DNA from: Cenarchaeum sp.
Lineage (GTDB): Archaea; Thermoproteota; Nitrososphaeria; Nitrososphaerales; Nitrosopumilaceae
DNA length: 64,000 nucleotides
NCBI GenBank assembly: GCA_965212015.1
Contig: OZ243037.1
Span: forward strand, 1,408,001 to 1,472,000
Direction of reading: 5' to 3'
Below the pieces are notes generated by a model. The model was given only the letters and a program-made list of their open reading frames with translations. It did no database searches and was not told the DNA's origin. Positions 10,066 to 19,247 of this stretch are shown piece after piece. The translations under genes and the position numbers were made by a program. Each line of letters begins with the position of its first letter. Position 1 is the first letter of the stretch.

Positions 10066-10545
10066 CCTTTTTATGCGCAGGGTCAGCACGCCGTTTCTGT
10101 ACTTGAAATCGTGAATCTGCATGTCGTTTGAGCCCTCGATGGGAATCTCTTTTGCAAAGTTGTTGCTTGCGCGTATGTACAGGACGCCGTCAATCGACCT
10201 TACCGTGATTTTGTCCTCGGGGCCTGGGACCTCGGCCACAAAGACAAACTCCTCCTCGCCCTTTATCAGGTCATAGACCCAGTTTTTCATTTCCTGCTCC
10301 CCGGCGGAATACTTTGGCTTTTGCTCCATGGCCATCTTTTTGATGACCCGAATCCAGTAAATCATGGTGGCTGCCGCCCCCCCTATCAGGATAAAGCTGA
10401 CAAAGCTAGAGTCGGTGCGCTGGGTTATGATGTAAACCACGCCTAAAAACAGTATTACCACTATGGGAAGGGCGAAATTCAGCGATTGCTCGTTTGAATA
10501 CGTGCCCTTGTAGCTTGCCAACATCGCACGATCCGCCTTTGCCAA
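10060..10545 (-). CDS. Membrane-anchored Hsp20/alpha-crystallin domain protein
   Basis: Two N-terminal TM segments then VAEVPG...KYRNGVLTLRI alpha-crystallin signature. Confidence 0.75.
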   Translation of the reverse strand: MAKADRAMLASYKGTYSNEQSLNFALPIVVILFLGVVYIITQRTDSSFVSFILIGGAAATMIYWIRVIKKMAMEQKPKYSAGEQEMKNWVYDLIKGEEEFVFVAEVPGPEDKITVRSIDGVLYIRASNNFAKEIPIEGSNDMQIHDFKYRNGVLTLRIKRL

Positions 10546-10633
10546 ATATAAAGTATATTTGATGTACGGCTCGCGCCACGTCCGGATTCTGCCGGAAAAA
10601 ACCTGTTATATTGAGCGCGGCGCACCGCATAAT

Positions 10634-11980
10634 ATGGCCAGGCTGTTTGGAACCAACGGAATACGCGGCGTGTTCGGCGTGGATTTTGACCTAGAGTTCA
10701 TACACGATATAGCGGTGTCCGTTGCCGCGTTCTTTGGGGCCGGCCCGATTCTTGTAGGGTATGACGGCAGGAGCTCCAATATTGTAGTTACAAAGACTGT
10801 CTGCTCTGCGCTAAACTATGCCGGCACCGACTGCCGCCTGGCCGGCCTGGTTCCGACGCCGTGTCTGGAATATGCCACAGAAAAGCTCGGCTATGCTGGG
10901 GCGATAATGGTTACTGCGTCCCACAATCCCCCGCAGTACAACGGAATCAAGCCGGTGGCATCTGACGGCGTAGAGATTTCACGCGCAGACGAGCTAGAGA
11001 TTGAGGAAATTTATTTTAACAGGCGGCCTCCTGCCGCCAAAAAGTTCGGGACCGCCGAAACGGATGACCGAACCATTCCTGCGTACATTGAGGGCATAAA
11101 GTCGCAGGTGGACCATTCTGCGATACGCAAAAAAAGACCCGTAATAGTGATTGATGCCGGCAACGGGGCGCAGGCAGTCACCGCACCGGTACTGTGCGAG
11201 CAGCTGGGATGCAAGACCGTGCTGATTAATGGTATGATAGACGGCGGGTTTCCCGGACGCGGCCCAGAGCCGCTTCCCGAAAACCTGCACGGGCTGTCTG
11301 ATGCCGTCCGCAAGCACGGCGCCGATCTCGGAGTCGCATTTGACGGCGACGGGGACAGGAGCATGTTTTGTGATCAAAACGGCGCGATACTCAGCGGTGA
11401 CCAGTCCGCGCTGCTTCTCTCCGGGTTTATTCTGGAGAAAAACCCCCGTTCCACCATAGTCACGTGCATTAATTCCGGATCCTCGATCGAGTCCCTTGCC
11501 AGAAGGTACGATTCCGACGTGATTAGGACCGCCGTGGGAAGCGTCGAGGTCTCAAGAAGGATGGTCTCTGCCGGCGCACTAGTCGGGTTTGAAGAGAATG
11601 GCGGCTTTATGTACGGACGGCACAACCAGGTGCGAGACGGCGCGATGGCCCTGGCACTGGCACTCGATCTTTTTGCATCACGCCAGGCCACAATATCCGA
11701 GTGTATAGGCGAGCTCCCAGAGTCGTTTACCGCAAAGGACAAGGTTCCGTGCTCGCCGGAAGGCGCACAAAGGATAATGGCCGCCCTAAAGTCCCAAAAC
11801 CCAGATGCCGACACCACCGACGGAATCAAGATAATCACGGATGAAAAAAACTGGGTCATGGTCAGGCCCAGCGGGACCGAGCCGATAGTCAGGATATACG
11901 CAGAAGGCGGCTCGCCTGCAGGACTTGGCGCGCTAATGTCCGGGTATGTTGCAAAAATCAAATCAATTCTTTCCGAATAA
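10634..11980 (+). CDS. glmM: Phosphoglucosamine mutase / phosphomannomutase family
   Basis: LFGTNGIRG, TASHNPPQYNG, DGDGDR, GFEENGG, RPSGTEP. Confidence 0.9.
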   Translation: MARLFGTNGIRGVFGVDFDLEFIHDIAVSVAAFFGAGPILVGYDGRSSNIVVTKTVCSALNYAGTDCRLAGLVPTPCLEYATEKLGYAGAIMVTASHNPPQYNGIKPVASDGVEISRADELEIEEIYFNRRPPAAKKFGTAETDDRTIPAYIEGIKSQVDHSAIRKKRPVIVIDAGNGAQAVTAPVLCEQLGCKTVLINGMIDGGFPGRGPEPLPENLHGLSDAVRKHGADLGVAFDGDGDRSMFCDQNGAILSGDQSALLLSGFILEKNPRSTIVTCINSGSSIESLARRYDSDVIRTAVGSVEVSRRMVSAGALVGFEENGGFMYGRHNQVRDGAMALALALDLFASRQATISECIGELPESFTAKDKVPCSPEGAQRIMAALKSQNPDADTTDGIKIITDEKNWVMVRPSGTEPIVRIYAEGGSPAGLGALMSGYVAKIKSILSE

Positions 11981-12041
11981 CACTTTTAAAACCAATCACC
12001 GGCATTTATGGAATGGAGATGAACCCCTAGGGTGATACATA

Positions 12042-12425
12042 ATGGGAAAGGCATATTACGTTAAATTCGAAACACCCGAGGATCTCATAAGCCCGATTTT
12101 GGAGGCAGTCCGGGTGGCCAAGCAGAGCGGCAAGATCAAAAAGGGCACCAACGAGGTCACAAAGGCCATCGAGCGCTCTACTAGCAAGCTGGTGGTAATT
12201 GCAGAGGACGTGGAGCCGCCTGAGGTCGTGGCGCACCTTCCGATACTGTGCGACGAGCAGCAGGCCGCATACGTGTTTGTCCCAAGCAAGCAGGATCTGG
12301 GAAAGGCGCTGGGCTTTGACATTACGTCGGCAGCTGCTGCAATCCTGGATGCCGGAGACGCGCAGCACATTGTGGATCAGGTCGTCGACACGGTTTCTAA
12401 AATCAAGGGCGGCAAGACTGAATGA
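12042..12425 (+). CDS. rpl7ae: 50S ribosomal protein L7Ae
   Basis: [31 protein letters not shown]. Confidence 0.97.
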   Translation: MGKAYYVKFETPEDLISPILEAVRVAKQSGKIKKGTNEVTKAIERSTSKLVVIAEDVEPPEVVAHLPILCDEQQAAYVFVPSKQDLGKALGFDITSAAAAILDAGDAQHIVDQVVDTVSKIKGGKTE

Positions 12426-12634
12426 GCACAGAGGCAGAAGAGATTACCTCGGCTGAGATAATCCAAATCGTGGGCAGGACCGGCATTGCCGGCGAGGTAA
12501 TCCAGGTCAGGGTAAAGGTTATGGACGGAAAGGACAAGGGCCGCATTCTTACAAGGAACGTAAAGGGATCCGTCCGGATGGGCGACATTCTGAGGCTTCG
12601 CGAGACCGAAAGGGAAGCTAAAAAGATAAAGTAG
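12422..12634 (+). CDS. rps28e: 30S ribosomal protein S28e
   Basis: [36 protein letters not shown]. Confidence 0.97.
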   Translation: MSTEAEEITSAEIIQIVGRTGIAGEVIQVRVKVMDGKDKGRILTRNVKGSVRMGDILRLRETEREAKKIK

Positions 12635-12640
12635 GTGTGT

Positions 12641-12841
12641 ATGATGAGCCTCCTGGTAAAACCGTGCAGCTTTTGCGACAGGCCCGTGGCCAAGGGCTCC
12701 GGAACGCTGTTTGCAAAAAACGACGGAACCGTAATGTGGTTCTGCTCCTCAAAGTGCAAGAAAAACATGCTGGTCTTGAAACGTGATCCAAGAAAGTTCA
12801 AATGGACGAAAAAGTACGTAAAGGGCGGAATTAAAAAGTAG
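12641..12841 (+). CDS. rpl24e: 50S ribosomal protein L24e
   Basis: CSFC...G.GT.F.KNDG..MWFCSSKC, RDPRKFKWT. Confidence 0.95.
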   Translation: MMSLLVKPCSFCDRPVAKGSGTLFAKNDGTVMWFCSSKCKKNMLVLKRDPRKFKWTKKYVKGGIKK

Positions 12842-12843
12842 AA

Positions 12844-13245
12844 TTGTCCGAAAAATCACTGTTCATCCTAAAGCCAGACGCAGTAGCGCGCAACCTTACG
12901 GGTAAGATAATTGCAAGGTTTGAAAGAAAGGGGTTTATTCTGGTAAAGCTGAAAATGTTCCAGTTCTCAAAGCAGCAGGCAGCCGACTTTTACTGCGTCC
13001 ACAAGGACAAGCCGTTTTTTGGGGATCTCGTGTCGTTTATCACGTCCGGCAGGGTGGTTGCCGCAGTCATTGAGGGAAACAATGCGGTTGCGACGACCAG
13101 GATGATGATCGGCGCCACAAAGTCGTTTGAGGCCGCCCCCGGCTCGATCAGGGGGGATTTCGGCCTGGGCTTTACTGACAATATAATACATGCCTCGGAT
13201 TCCGAGGAGAGCTTTTTGCACGAAGAGGGTGTAGTGTTTCAGTGA
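12844..13245 (+). CDS. ndk: Nucleoside diphosphate kinase
   Basis: ILKPDAV, PGSIRGDF, NIIHASDS. Confidence 0.97.
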   Translation: MSEKSLFILKPDAVARNLTGKIIARFERKGFILVKLKMFQFSKQQAADFYCVHKDKPFFGDLVSFITSGRVVAAVIEGNNAVATTRMMIGATKSFEAAPGSIRGDFGLGFTDNIIHASDSEESFLHEEGVVFQ

Positions 13246-13251
13246 TAGGAA

Positions 13252-15033
13252 TTGAAGGTAAGACAACCCATTGTGGCAGTACTGGGCCACGTTGATTCAG
13301 GCAAGACCTCGCTGCTAGACAAGATCAGGGGTACAGGCGTGCAGCAGAGGGAGGCAGGCGGCATTACACAGCACATTGGCGCAAGCTTTCTTCCGCAGGA
13401 GACCATACAAAAAATATGCGGCTCACTATACGACAAGCTGGGCCGCTCAGAGACGCAGATTCCCGGCGTGCTCGTAATCGACACCCCGGGCCACGAGGTC
13501 TTTACCAATCTGAGGAACCGCGGGGGCTCGGCGGCGGACATTGCAATACTGGTTATAGACGTAAACCGGGGATTTCAGCCGCAGACGACAGAAAGCCTAC
13601 AGATACTCAAAAACAGAAAGGTCCCCTTTGTGGTGGCGCTAAACAAGGTGGATCAGATTCCCGGATGGCGCAGCAGCGACGCTGCGCTAGTCTCGCAGGC
13701 AATAAAGGCGCAGGACGCCTCGATTCAGGCCGATCTGGACCAAAAGATATACGACGTGGTGGGAACCCTGTCGGTGCTCGGCTACCGCTCAGAGGCGTTC
13801 TACCGGGTGCAGGACTTTGGCGAGGAGATATCCATCGTCCCGATGAGCGCCCGCAGCGGGATGGGGATTCCGGAGCTGCTCGCAGTATTGATCGGCCTGA
13901 CGCAGCAGTATCTTGCAAAAAGGCTGAAACTGGGGGACAAGGACGCGCGGGGAATCGTGCTGGAGGTAAACGACGAGGTGGGAATGGGGCCCACTGCCAA
14001 TGTAATCCTAATTGACGGCTCGATTGGCAAAAACGACACGATCCTTGTGGCAAAGCGCAACAACATAATTGTCACTCGGCCAAAGACGATACTGCTTCCC
14101 AAGCCGCTCGACGAGATGCGCGACCCGCGCGACAGGTTCAAGTCGGTGGATTCTGTGGAGGCCGCCGCCGGAATCAAGATCGCCTCGCCTGACCTGGAGG
14201 GCGTGCTGCCCGGCTCCACGGTATATGTGGCAAAAAACGATCCAGAGATTAAAAAATTCAGACAGGAACTCGAGGCAGAGATGGAGTCGGTGTTCATCTC
14301 GAGGGAGACTGACGGGCTGACAATAAAATGCGACACGATAGGATCCCTTGAGGCGATAACTGCAATGCTTCAGCGCCAGCAGATTCCAATCGCAAAGGCG
14401 GACATTGGCCCGGTTAACAGGCGCGACGTCATCGAGGCCGGGATGATCAAGGGTAATGACAGGCATCTTGGGGTGATACTGGCCTTTAACGTAAAGACGC
14501 TTCCGGACGCAGAGTCCGAATCCCTTGAAAACCACGTCCGGATATTTTCCGACCGGGTAATCTATAGCCTGATTGAGGGCTATACGAAATGGGTGCAGGA
14601 CGACACCATGCACGAGGAGGACGCAGTATTCTCTGAGCTCACCCCGATTGCAAAGTTTACCTTTATGAAGGGATTCGTGTTTAGGAACAACGATCCCGCG
14701 GTGTTTGGGATACGGATTGACGCAGGCAGCCTCCGGCAAAAGACGGACTTTATGAACGAGCAGGGCAAAAAGATCGGCCGGGTGCACCAGCTACAGGAGG
14801 ACAAAAAGACAATCTCTACGGCAAGGACCGGATCCGAGGTTGCGTGCTCGGTTCAGGGCGTCACCATAGGGCGGCAGATACGCGAGGAGGACGTGTTTTA
14901 CTCGCTGCCGCGGCACCACGAGGCAAAAAAGCTCCTAAAAGAGTTCTCGCACAAGCTGACGCCAGACGAGTTTGAAATGCTCAACCATATCGTGGAGACG
15001 CAGCGCAGGATTGATCCTGCCTATGCCTACTGA
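13252..15033 (+). CDS. infB: Translation initiation factor IF-2 / aIF5B
   Basis: RQPIVAVLGHVDSGKT, GGITQHIGA, DTPGHE, NKVD. Confidence 0.97.
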   Translation: MKVRQPIVAVLGHVDSGKTSLLDKIRGTGVQQREAGGITQHIGASFLPQETIQKICGSLYDKLGRSETQIPGVLVIDTPGHEVFTNLRNRGGSAADIAILVIDVNRGFQPQTTESLQILKNRKVPFVVALNKVDQIPGWRSSDAALVSQAIKAQDASIQADLDQKIYDVVGTLSVLGYRSEAFYRVQDFGEEISIVPMSARSGMGIPELLAVLIGLTQQYLAKRLKLGDKDARGIVLEVNDEVGMGPTANVILIDGSIGKNDTILVAKRNNIIVTRPKTILLPKPLDEMRDPRDRFKSVDSVEAAAGIKIASPDLEGVLPGSTVYVAKNDPEIKKFRQELEAEMESVFISRETDGLTIKCDTIGSLEAITAMLQRQQIPIAKADIGPVNRRDVIEAGMIKGNDRHLGVILAFNVKTLPDAESESLENHVRIFSDRVIYSLIEGYTKWVQDDTMHEEDAVFSELTPIAKFTFMKGFVFRNNDPAVFGIRIDAGSLRQKTDFMNEQGKKIGRVHQLQEDKKTISTARTGSEVACSVQGVTIGRQIREEDVFYSLPRHHEAKKLLKEFSHKLTPDEFEMLNHIVETQRRIDPAYAY

Positions 15034-15042
15034 CGCCGGGTC

Positions 15043-15345
15043 TTACTGGCCTGTAACTACTTCCATCTGGCCGAACTTGCCCTTTGTGAGTGCAACCTCG
15101 CCCTTGAAGGAATTCGTATAGCCGTTTGTGATCTTTACCTTGTCACCGTCGTTTATCTTGGGAATGTCCTCTCCCCACAGTGTAAGCTTGATCTCCCCTG
15201 CATCGTCTGTAAGATAGGCGTCACAAACATCGATTGTTCCGCCCGCCTTTTTGTTGACCGTTCTTGCTTCGCCCTTTTTGGATATGGTTCCCTCTATATC
15301 CACGCCGCTCCGCATGTTTTTGGCCTCTTCGGTATTTACGTTCAT
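15043..15345 (-). CDS. Single OB-fold single-stranded DNA-binding protein (crenarchaeal SSB-type)
   Basis: LTDDAGEIKLTLWG, VKITNGY, GKFG OB-fold pattern. Confidence 0.85.
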   Translation of the reverse strand: MNVNTEEAKNMRSGVDIEGTISKKGEARTVNKKAGGTIDVCDAYLTDDAGEIKLTLWGEDIPKINDGDKVKITNGYTNSFKGEVALTKGKFGQMEVVTGQ

Positions 15346-15470
15346 GGCTTGACATCAATATGCGGCAATTATAAAGTTTATTGAAACCAAGATTCCGGCC
15401 TGAAACGGCATTATGGCAGCCATTATCCGTGATCGTAATTGACAAATACGGGATCTGGAAAATCCCTGTT

Positions 15471-15571
15471 GCAGGGGTATCGAAGCCCGGTCAACCGAGA
15501 AGGACTCAAGATCTCGACGATAGGAAATCCTTTCCCTTAGGGGTTCGTGGGTTCGAATCCCACCTCCTGCA
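15471..15571 (+). tRNA. tRNA-Leu(CAA) with a 16-nt intron at 37/38
   Basis: Acceptor GCAGGGG/CTCCTGC+A; anticodon stem AAGGA/TCCTT around CT-CAA-G; intron about 15511-15526; long variable arm; GGTTCGAATCC T-loop. Confidence 0.92.
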
Positions 15572-15596
15572 TCATTCAAAAAGGGCCAATTTCCGG

Positions 15597-15719
15597 CTAT
15601 GCCGTGATTGCCTTTATCCTAGAAACGCTGTGCCCGTTGATCTCTTGGTGCATTCTTGCGTGGGCATCGTCCCTGAAGATCAGGTCGCACCGGTAGCATT
15701 TCCAAAGATTATCAGTCAC
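15597..15719 (-). CDS. Small C2H2-type zinc-finger protein (about 40 aa)
   Basis: WKCYRCDLIFRDDAHARMHQEINGH = C2H2 spacing; GTG start about 25 nt downstream of a TTATAA box (15743-15748). Confidence 0.7.
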   Translation of the reverse strand: MTDNLWKCYRCDLIFRDDAHARMHQEINGHSVSRIKAITA

Positions 15720-16012
15720 GACATATAAAACACCAATTTTCCTTATAAGGATATTGTACGATTGGTTCATTTTTGCACGAGATATGGCGTGTGATGCTGA
15801 AAAGCATGTATTGTTTAGTGATAATCTGCAGTTTTTTAAAATTCTCCGCGTCTGGGGCCGAACATTGGGCATCTGCTATTCCCGTACAGACTAGATGTCC
15901 CGGGATTGTAAGGATAACGCGTGTAGTGCGCGACCGGCCCGGATCCCATCGGGGATTATCAGGTGAACCATACAGGACCATTCTACCGGACCGCGCAAGG
16001 GTTTAGAATGGC

Positions 16013-16651
16013 GTGCAATTAACACCGTACATGGCGGATCTCCTCGAGGTGTTTGCAGAGTTTTCGTATTTCGGGATATTTCTGACCCTGATTGCAGTCA
16101 ATGCGGCGCCGCTTTTCATGCCACCCACGTGGATTATACTCTCGTCGTTTTACGTAATAGATCCGGCCCTGGATCCGGCCGTACTGGCCATAGTCGGGGC
16201 GACGGGGGCCACCATAGGAAGGCTGGTACTAAAGCAGGCCAGCGGGTTTTTCAGGCGGTTTGCGGGACGGGAGCAAAAGTCAAACCTGGAGGCAATCGAG
16301 GACTATCTGAACAGGAAAAAATTCGGATACGTCCTGATATCCTTTCTTTTTGCCGCAACGCCGCTTCCCAGCAACATGCTTTTTGTGACGTACGGCCTGA
16401 TGCGGACCAAAAACATCGGAACATACGTGGGGTTCTGGCTCGGCAGGATGATATCGTACTATATAATGATCTCAATTAGCAAGCTGGTGCTCACCCCGTT
16501 TTTGCAGCTCTTCGAGGACAGGCTGGTCGGAATCCTGGTTGCAGACGCAGTCGGAATAGGCATAGTCGTTTTCTTTATGACCATTAACTGGAGCCTCTTG
16601 CTGACCCAGAAAAGATTAAAGTTCGTCCGGCCGGGAATCTGGAGGTTCTAG
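16013..16651 (+). CDS. Membrane protein, DedA/VTT-like
   Basis: PLFMPPTW, GATGATIG, FAATPLPSN, multiple TM segments. Confidence 0.7.
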   Translation: MQLTPYMADLLEVFAEFSYFGIFLTLIAVNAAPLFMPPTWIILSSFYVIDPALDPAVLAIVGATGATIGRLVLKQASGFFRRFAGREQKSNLEAIEDYLNRKKFGYVLISFLFAATPLPSNMLFVTYGLMRTKNIGTYVGFWLGRMISYYIMISISKLVLTPFLQLFEDRLVGILVADAVGIGIVVFFMTINWSLLLTQKRLKFVRPGIWRF

Positions 16652-16704
16652 CCGGTGCGGCCCGCGCAGCTAGTCAGGAATCATTAAATATTCAACAATC
16701 ACCC

Positions 16705-17124
16705 GTGTCTCTTATGAGCAAACCGGCCGACTTGGGATCATTAAAGATCGGCTCGTACATACTGCTTCCCGTAGGTGATCAGGCAACGGGGGAGCCGTGC
16801 AGGATTTCAGAGTACGACACCAGCAAGCCGGGAAAGCACGGCGCCGCAAAGGCAAGGATTGTCGGAGTCGGCGTCTTTGACGACCAAAAAAGGCCGCACG
16901 TGGGCCCTGTTAGCATGCAGGTTCACGTCCCGCTGATCGACAAAAGGACCGGGCAGATCATATCCATGACGGGCGACATAACCCAGATTATGGACTCTGA
17001 AACGTTTGAGACAATCGACGTCTCGCTGGTAGACGAGGAGGTCCAGGGCAAGCTGGAAAACGGGCAGAACGTAGAGTTCTGGAAGGTAATGGACAGGACT
17101 AAAATAATGCGGATTAAAAACTAG
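16705..17124 (+). CDS. eif5a: Translation factor aIF5A
   Basis: Hypusine-site motif SKPGKHGAAKARI. Confidence 0.97.
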   Translation: MSLMSKPADLGSLKIGSYILLPVGDQATGEPCRISEYDTSKPGKHGAAKARIVGVGVFDDQKRPHVGPVSMQVHVPLIDKRTGQIISMTGDITQIMDSETFETIDVSLVDEEVQGKLENGQNVEFWKVMDRTKIMRIKN

Positions 17125-17127
17125 TCT

Positions 17128-17190
17128 GATGCTGATGATTAGCGGAAAAGCCGTCTGATTTGTGATGACGATTATGAGTAATGAGGCATC
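17128..17190 (+). ncRNA. Box C/D methylation-guide sRNA (predicted target C34 of a CAU-anticodon tRNA)
   Basis: Terminal stem GATGC/GCATC; box C TGATGA 17133-17138; D' CTGA 17155-17158; C' GTGATGA 17162-17168; D ATGA 17181-17184; D guide CGATTATGAGTA. Confidence 0.8.
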
Positions 17191-17214
17191 CCACACACAT
17201 TATGGGACAGGGCC

Positions 17215-17931
17215 ATGAAGCTGGCAGCATTGTTCTCAGGCGGCAAGGACAGCACGTACTGTATGTTCCAGTCGGTACAGGAGGGGCATTCCATAGAATG
17301 CCTGCTTACGGTTGCGCCAAAGTCACAAGAGAGCATGCTGCTGCACCACCCGAACATACGGATTACAAAGCTCCAGTCCCGCCTGATGGACATACCGCAG
17401 ATATATGCAGAGTCAGACTCTGATGAGACTGAGACCGGTCTGCTTGCCCGGATGCTAAAAGAGGCCAAAGAAGACTATGGCATAGAGGGACTGGTGCAGG
17501 GCGGGATATCAAGTGAATTTCAGAAAAAAAGATTTGCCGGCCTGTGCGGGCCGCTAGGTTTGGAGCTGGTCTCACCTGTATGGGGGCGGGATCAAAAAAA
17601 ATACATGCGCGTGCTGCTGGAATCCGGATTCAGATTTATAATTACAAGCGTCAGCGCCGGCGGGCTGGATGACTCCTGGCTTGGCGAGGAGATATGCTGC
17701 GAGAACCTGGACAGGCTGGAGCGGAGCTCTGTAAAGTTCGGCTTTAACCTTGCCTTTGAGGGTGGGGAGGCAGAAACGCTGGTTATCGGCTGCCCAATGT
17801 TTGCGGGGCATATCAGGATCATCCGGTCAAGGAAGGTGTGGGACGGATACAGAGGAAGGTTTGAAATAGAGGAGGCCGAGCTAGTCCGTAGTGATAGACG
17901 ATCTAAAAACCAACCTCCGGGCCGCGATTAA
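17215..17931 (+). CDS. Diphthine-ammonia ligase (Dph6)
   Basis: PP-loop LFSGGKDS, SPVWG, FEGGEAETLV. Confidence 0.9.
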   Translation: MKLAALFSGGKDSTYCMFQSVQEGHSIECLLTVAPKSQESMLLHHPNIRITKLQSRLMDIPQIYAESDSDETETGLLARMLKEAKEDYGIEGLVQGGISSEFQKKRFAGLCGPLGLELVSPVWGRDQKKYMRVLLESGFRFIITSVSAGGLDDSWLGEEICCENLDRLERSSVKFGFNLAFEGGEAETLVIGCPMFAGHIRIIRSRKVWDGYRGRFEIEEAELVRSDRRSKNQPPGRD

Positions 17932-19216
17932 AAAAATCGTAAACTCGTCCGGCATTGACGACAAGCTAATAGACGGGCTTGCGCACGACACGCAGATGGC
18001 GCTGTTGCTGGCAGACGTCGATCCCGGCCTGGTCAGCGAAATCACCACAAAGCTAAAGACAAGAGCGCATGATGAGACCCCGCCTCCGGGCCTATCCAGA
18101 AAGGATCACATTGTAAAGATTCTGTACGACGAGCTGGCAAAGCTTCTTGGGGGCGAGACAGAGTTCCAGTTTCACGCCGGAAGGACGGACAGGATTCTGA
18201 TGCTGGGAATACAGGGAAGCGGCAAGACCACTATAACATCAAAGCTTGCAAGGCTCTTTACAAAGCAGGGCCTAAAGGTGGGCGTGATCGGGGCCGACAC
18301 GCACAGGCCCGGCGCGCTAGTGCAGCTGGATACAATGTGTGCAAAGTCCGGAGTCGAGGTGTTTGGGGACAAAAACGACAAGGACTCGCTGCAGATAATC
18401 CGCAAGGGGCTGCATCACTTTGAGGATTCCACACCGGATGTGGTGCTGATTGACACTGCCGGCAGGCACAAGGAGGAGGGCGACCTGCTCGAGGAGATGA
18501 GGCAGGTCGGACAAGAGGTAAAGCCGGACCTGACCCTGTTGGTAATTGACGGCACCATAGGAAACCAGTGCTTCAAGCAGGCCAAGGCGTTTCACGAGAC
18601 CATTCCCGTCGGCGGTATAGTGGTTACAAAGCTTGACAGCTCTGCGCGCGGCGGAGGCGCCATTGCGGCATCAGCCGCCACCGGGGCGCAGGTGATGTAT
18701 GTCGGAACGGGGGAGCGAATCGACGACATTGAGCAGTTCTCCCCCACGCGCTTTGTCGGCAGGCTGCTCGGGATGGGCGACATTAAGGCGATTTTGGATC
18801 TTGCAAAGCGGCTCGAGGACGAGGGAGACGAGGTCCGGCTAAAGAGGATATCGGGCGGCAAGATGAACATGGATGACTTTTACTATCAGCTCGAAGAGGT
18901 CAGCAAGATGGGATCGCTGCGGGGATTCCTGGACAACCTTCCGGGGTTTTCCGGTGCGATAAAGGAGGATCAGCTCGACCAGATGGAGGACAAGATGCAG
19001 AGGTGGCGCTACATAATACAGAGCATGACCAAGGCAGAAAAGGACGATCCCGGCCTTATCAACTCGTCGAGGACCACGCGCATTGCAAGGGGCTCGGGAT
19101 GGCAGGAGCACGACGTAAAGCAGCTGCTAAAAAACTACAAAAACTCAAAGAACGTAATGAAGGCCTCAAAGGGAAGGCAGATGCAGGGAAGCCTCAAGCG
19201 CATGGGCCTGGGCTAG
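17891..19216 (+). CDS. srp54: Signal recognition particle protein SRP54
   Basis: GIQGSGKTT, DTAGRH, TKLDSSARGGGA, GRLLGMGD, M domain RIARGSG. Confidence 0.95.
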   Translation: MIDDLKTNLRAAIKKIVNSSGIDDKLIDGLAHDTQMALLLADVDPGLVSEITTKLKTRAHDETPPPGLSRKDHIVKILYDELAKLLGGETEFQFHAGRTDRILMLGIQGSGKTTITSKLARLFTKQGLKVGVIGADTHRPGALVQLDTMCAKSGVEVFGDKNDKDSLQIIRKGLHHFEDSTPDVVLIDTAGRHKEEGDLLEEMRQVGQEVKPDLTLLVIDGTIGNQCFKQAKAFHETIPVGGIVVTKLDSSARGGGAIAASAATGAQVMYVGTGERIDDIEQFSPTRFVGRLLGMGDIKAILDLAKRLEDEGDEVRLKRISGGKMNMDDFYYQLEEVSKMGSLRGFLDNLPGFSGAIKEDQLDQMEDKMQRWRYIIQSMTKAEKDDPGLINSSRTTRIARGSGWQEHDVKQLLKNYKNSKNVMKASKGRQMQGSLKRMGLG

Positions 19217-19247
19217 GCTCAAATGTGGCAGGCGCCCGTGAAAAAAC

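Noticed and set aside
15925-16000. Imperfect GC-rich hairpin as an ncRNA
   Set aside because: No recognisable boxes or family features; cannot be supported
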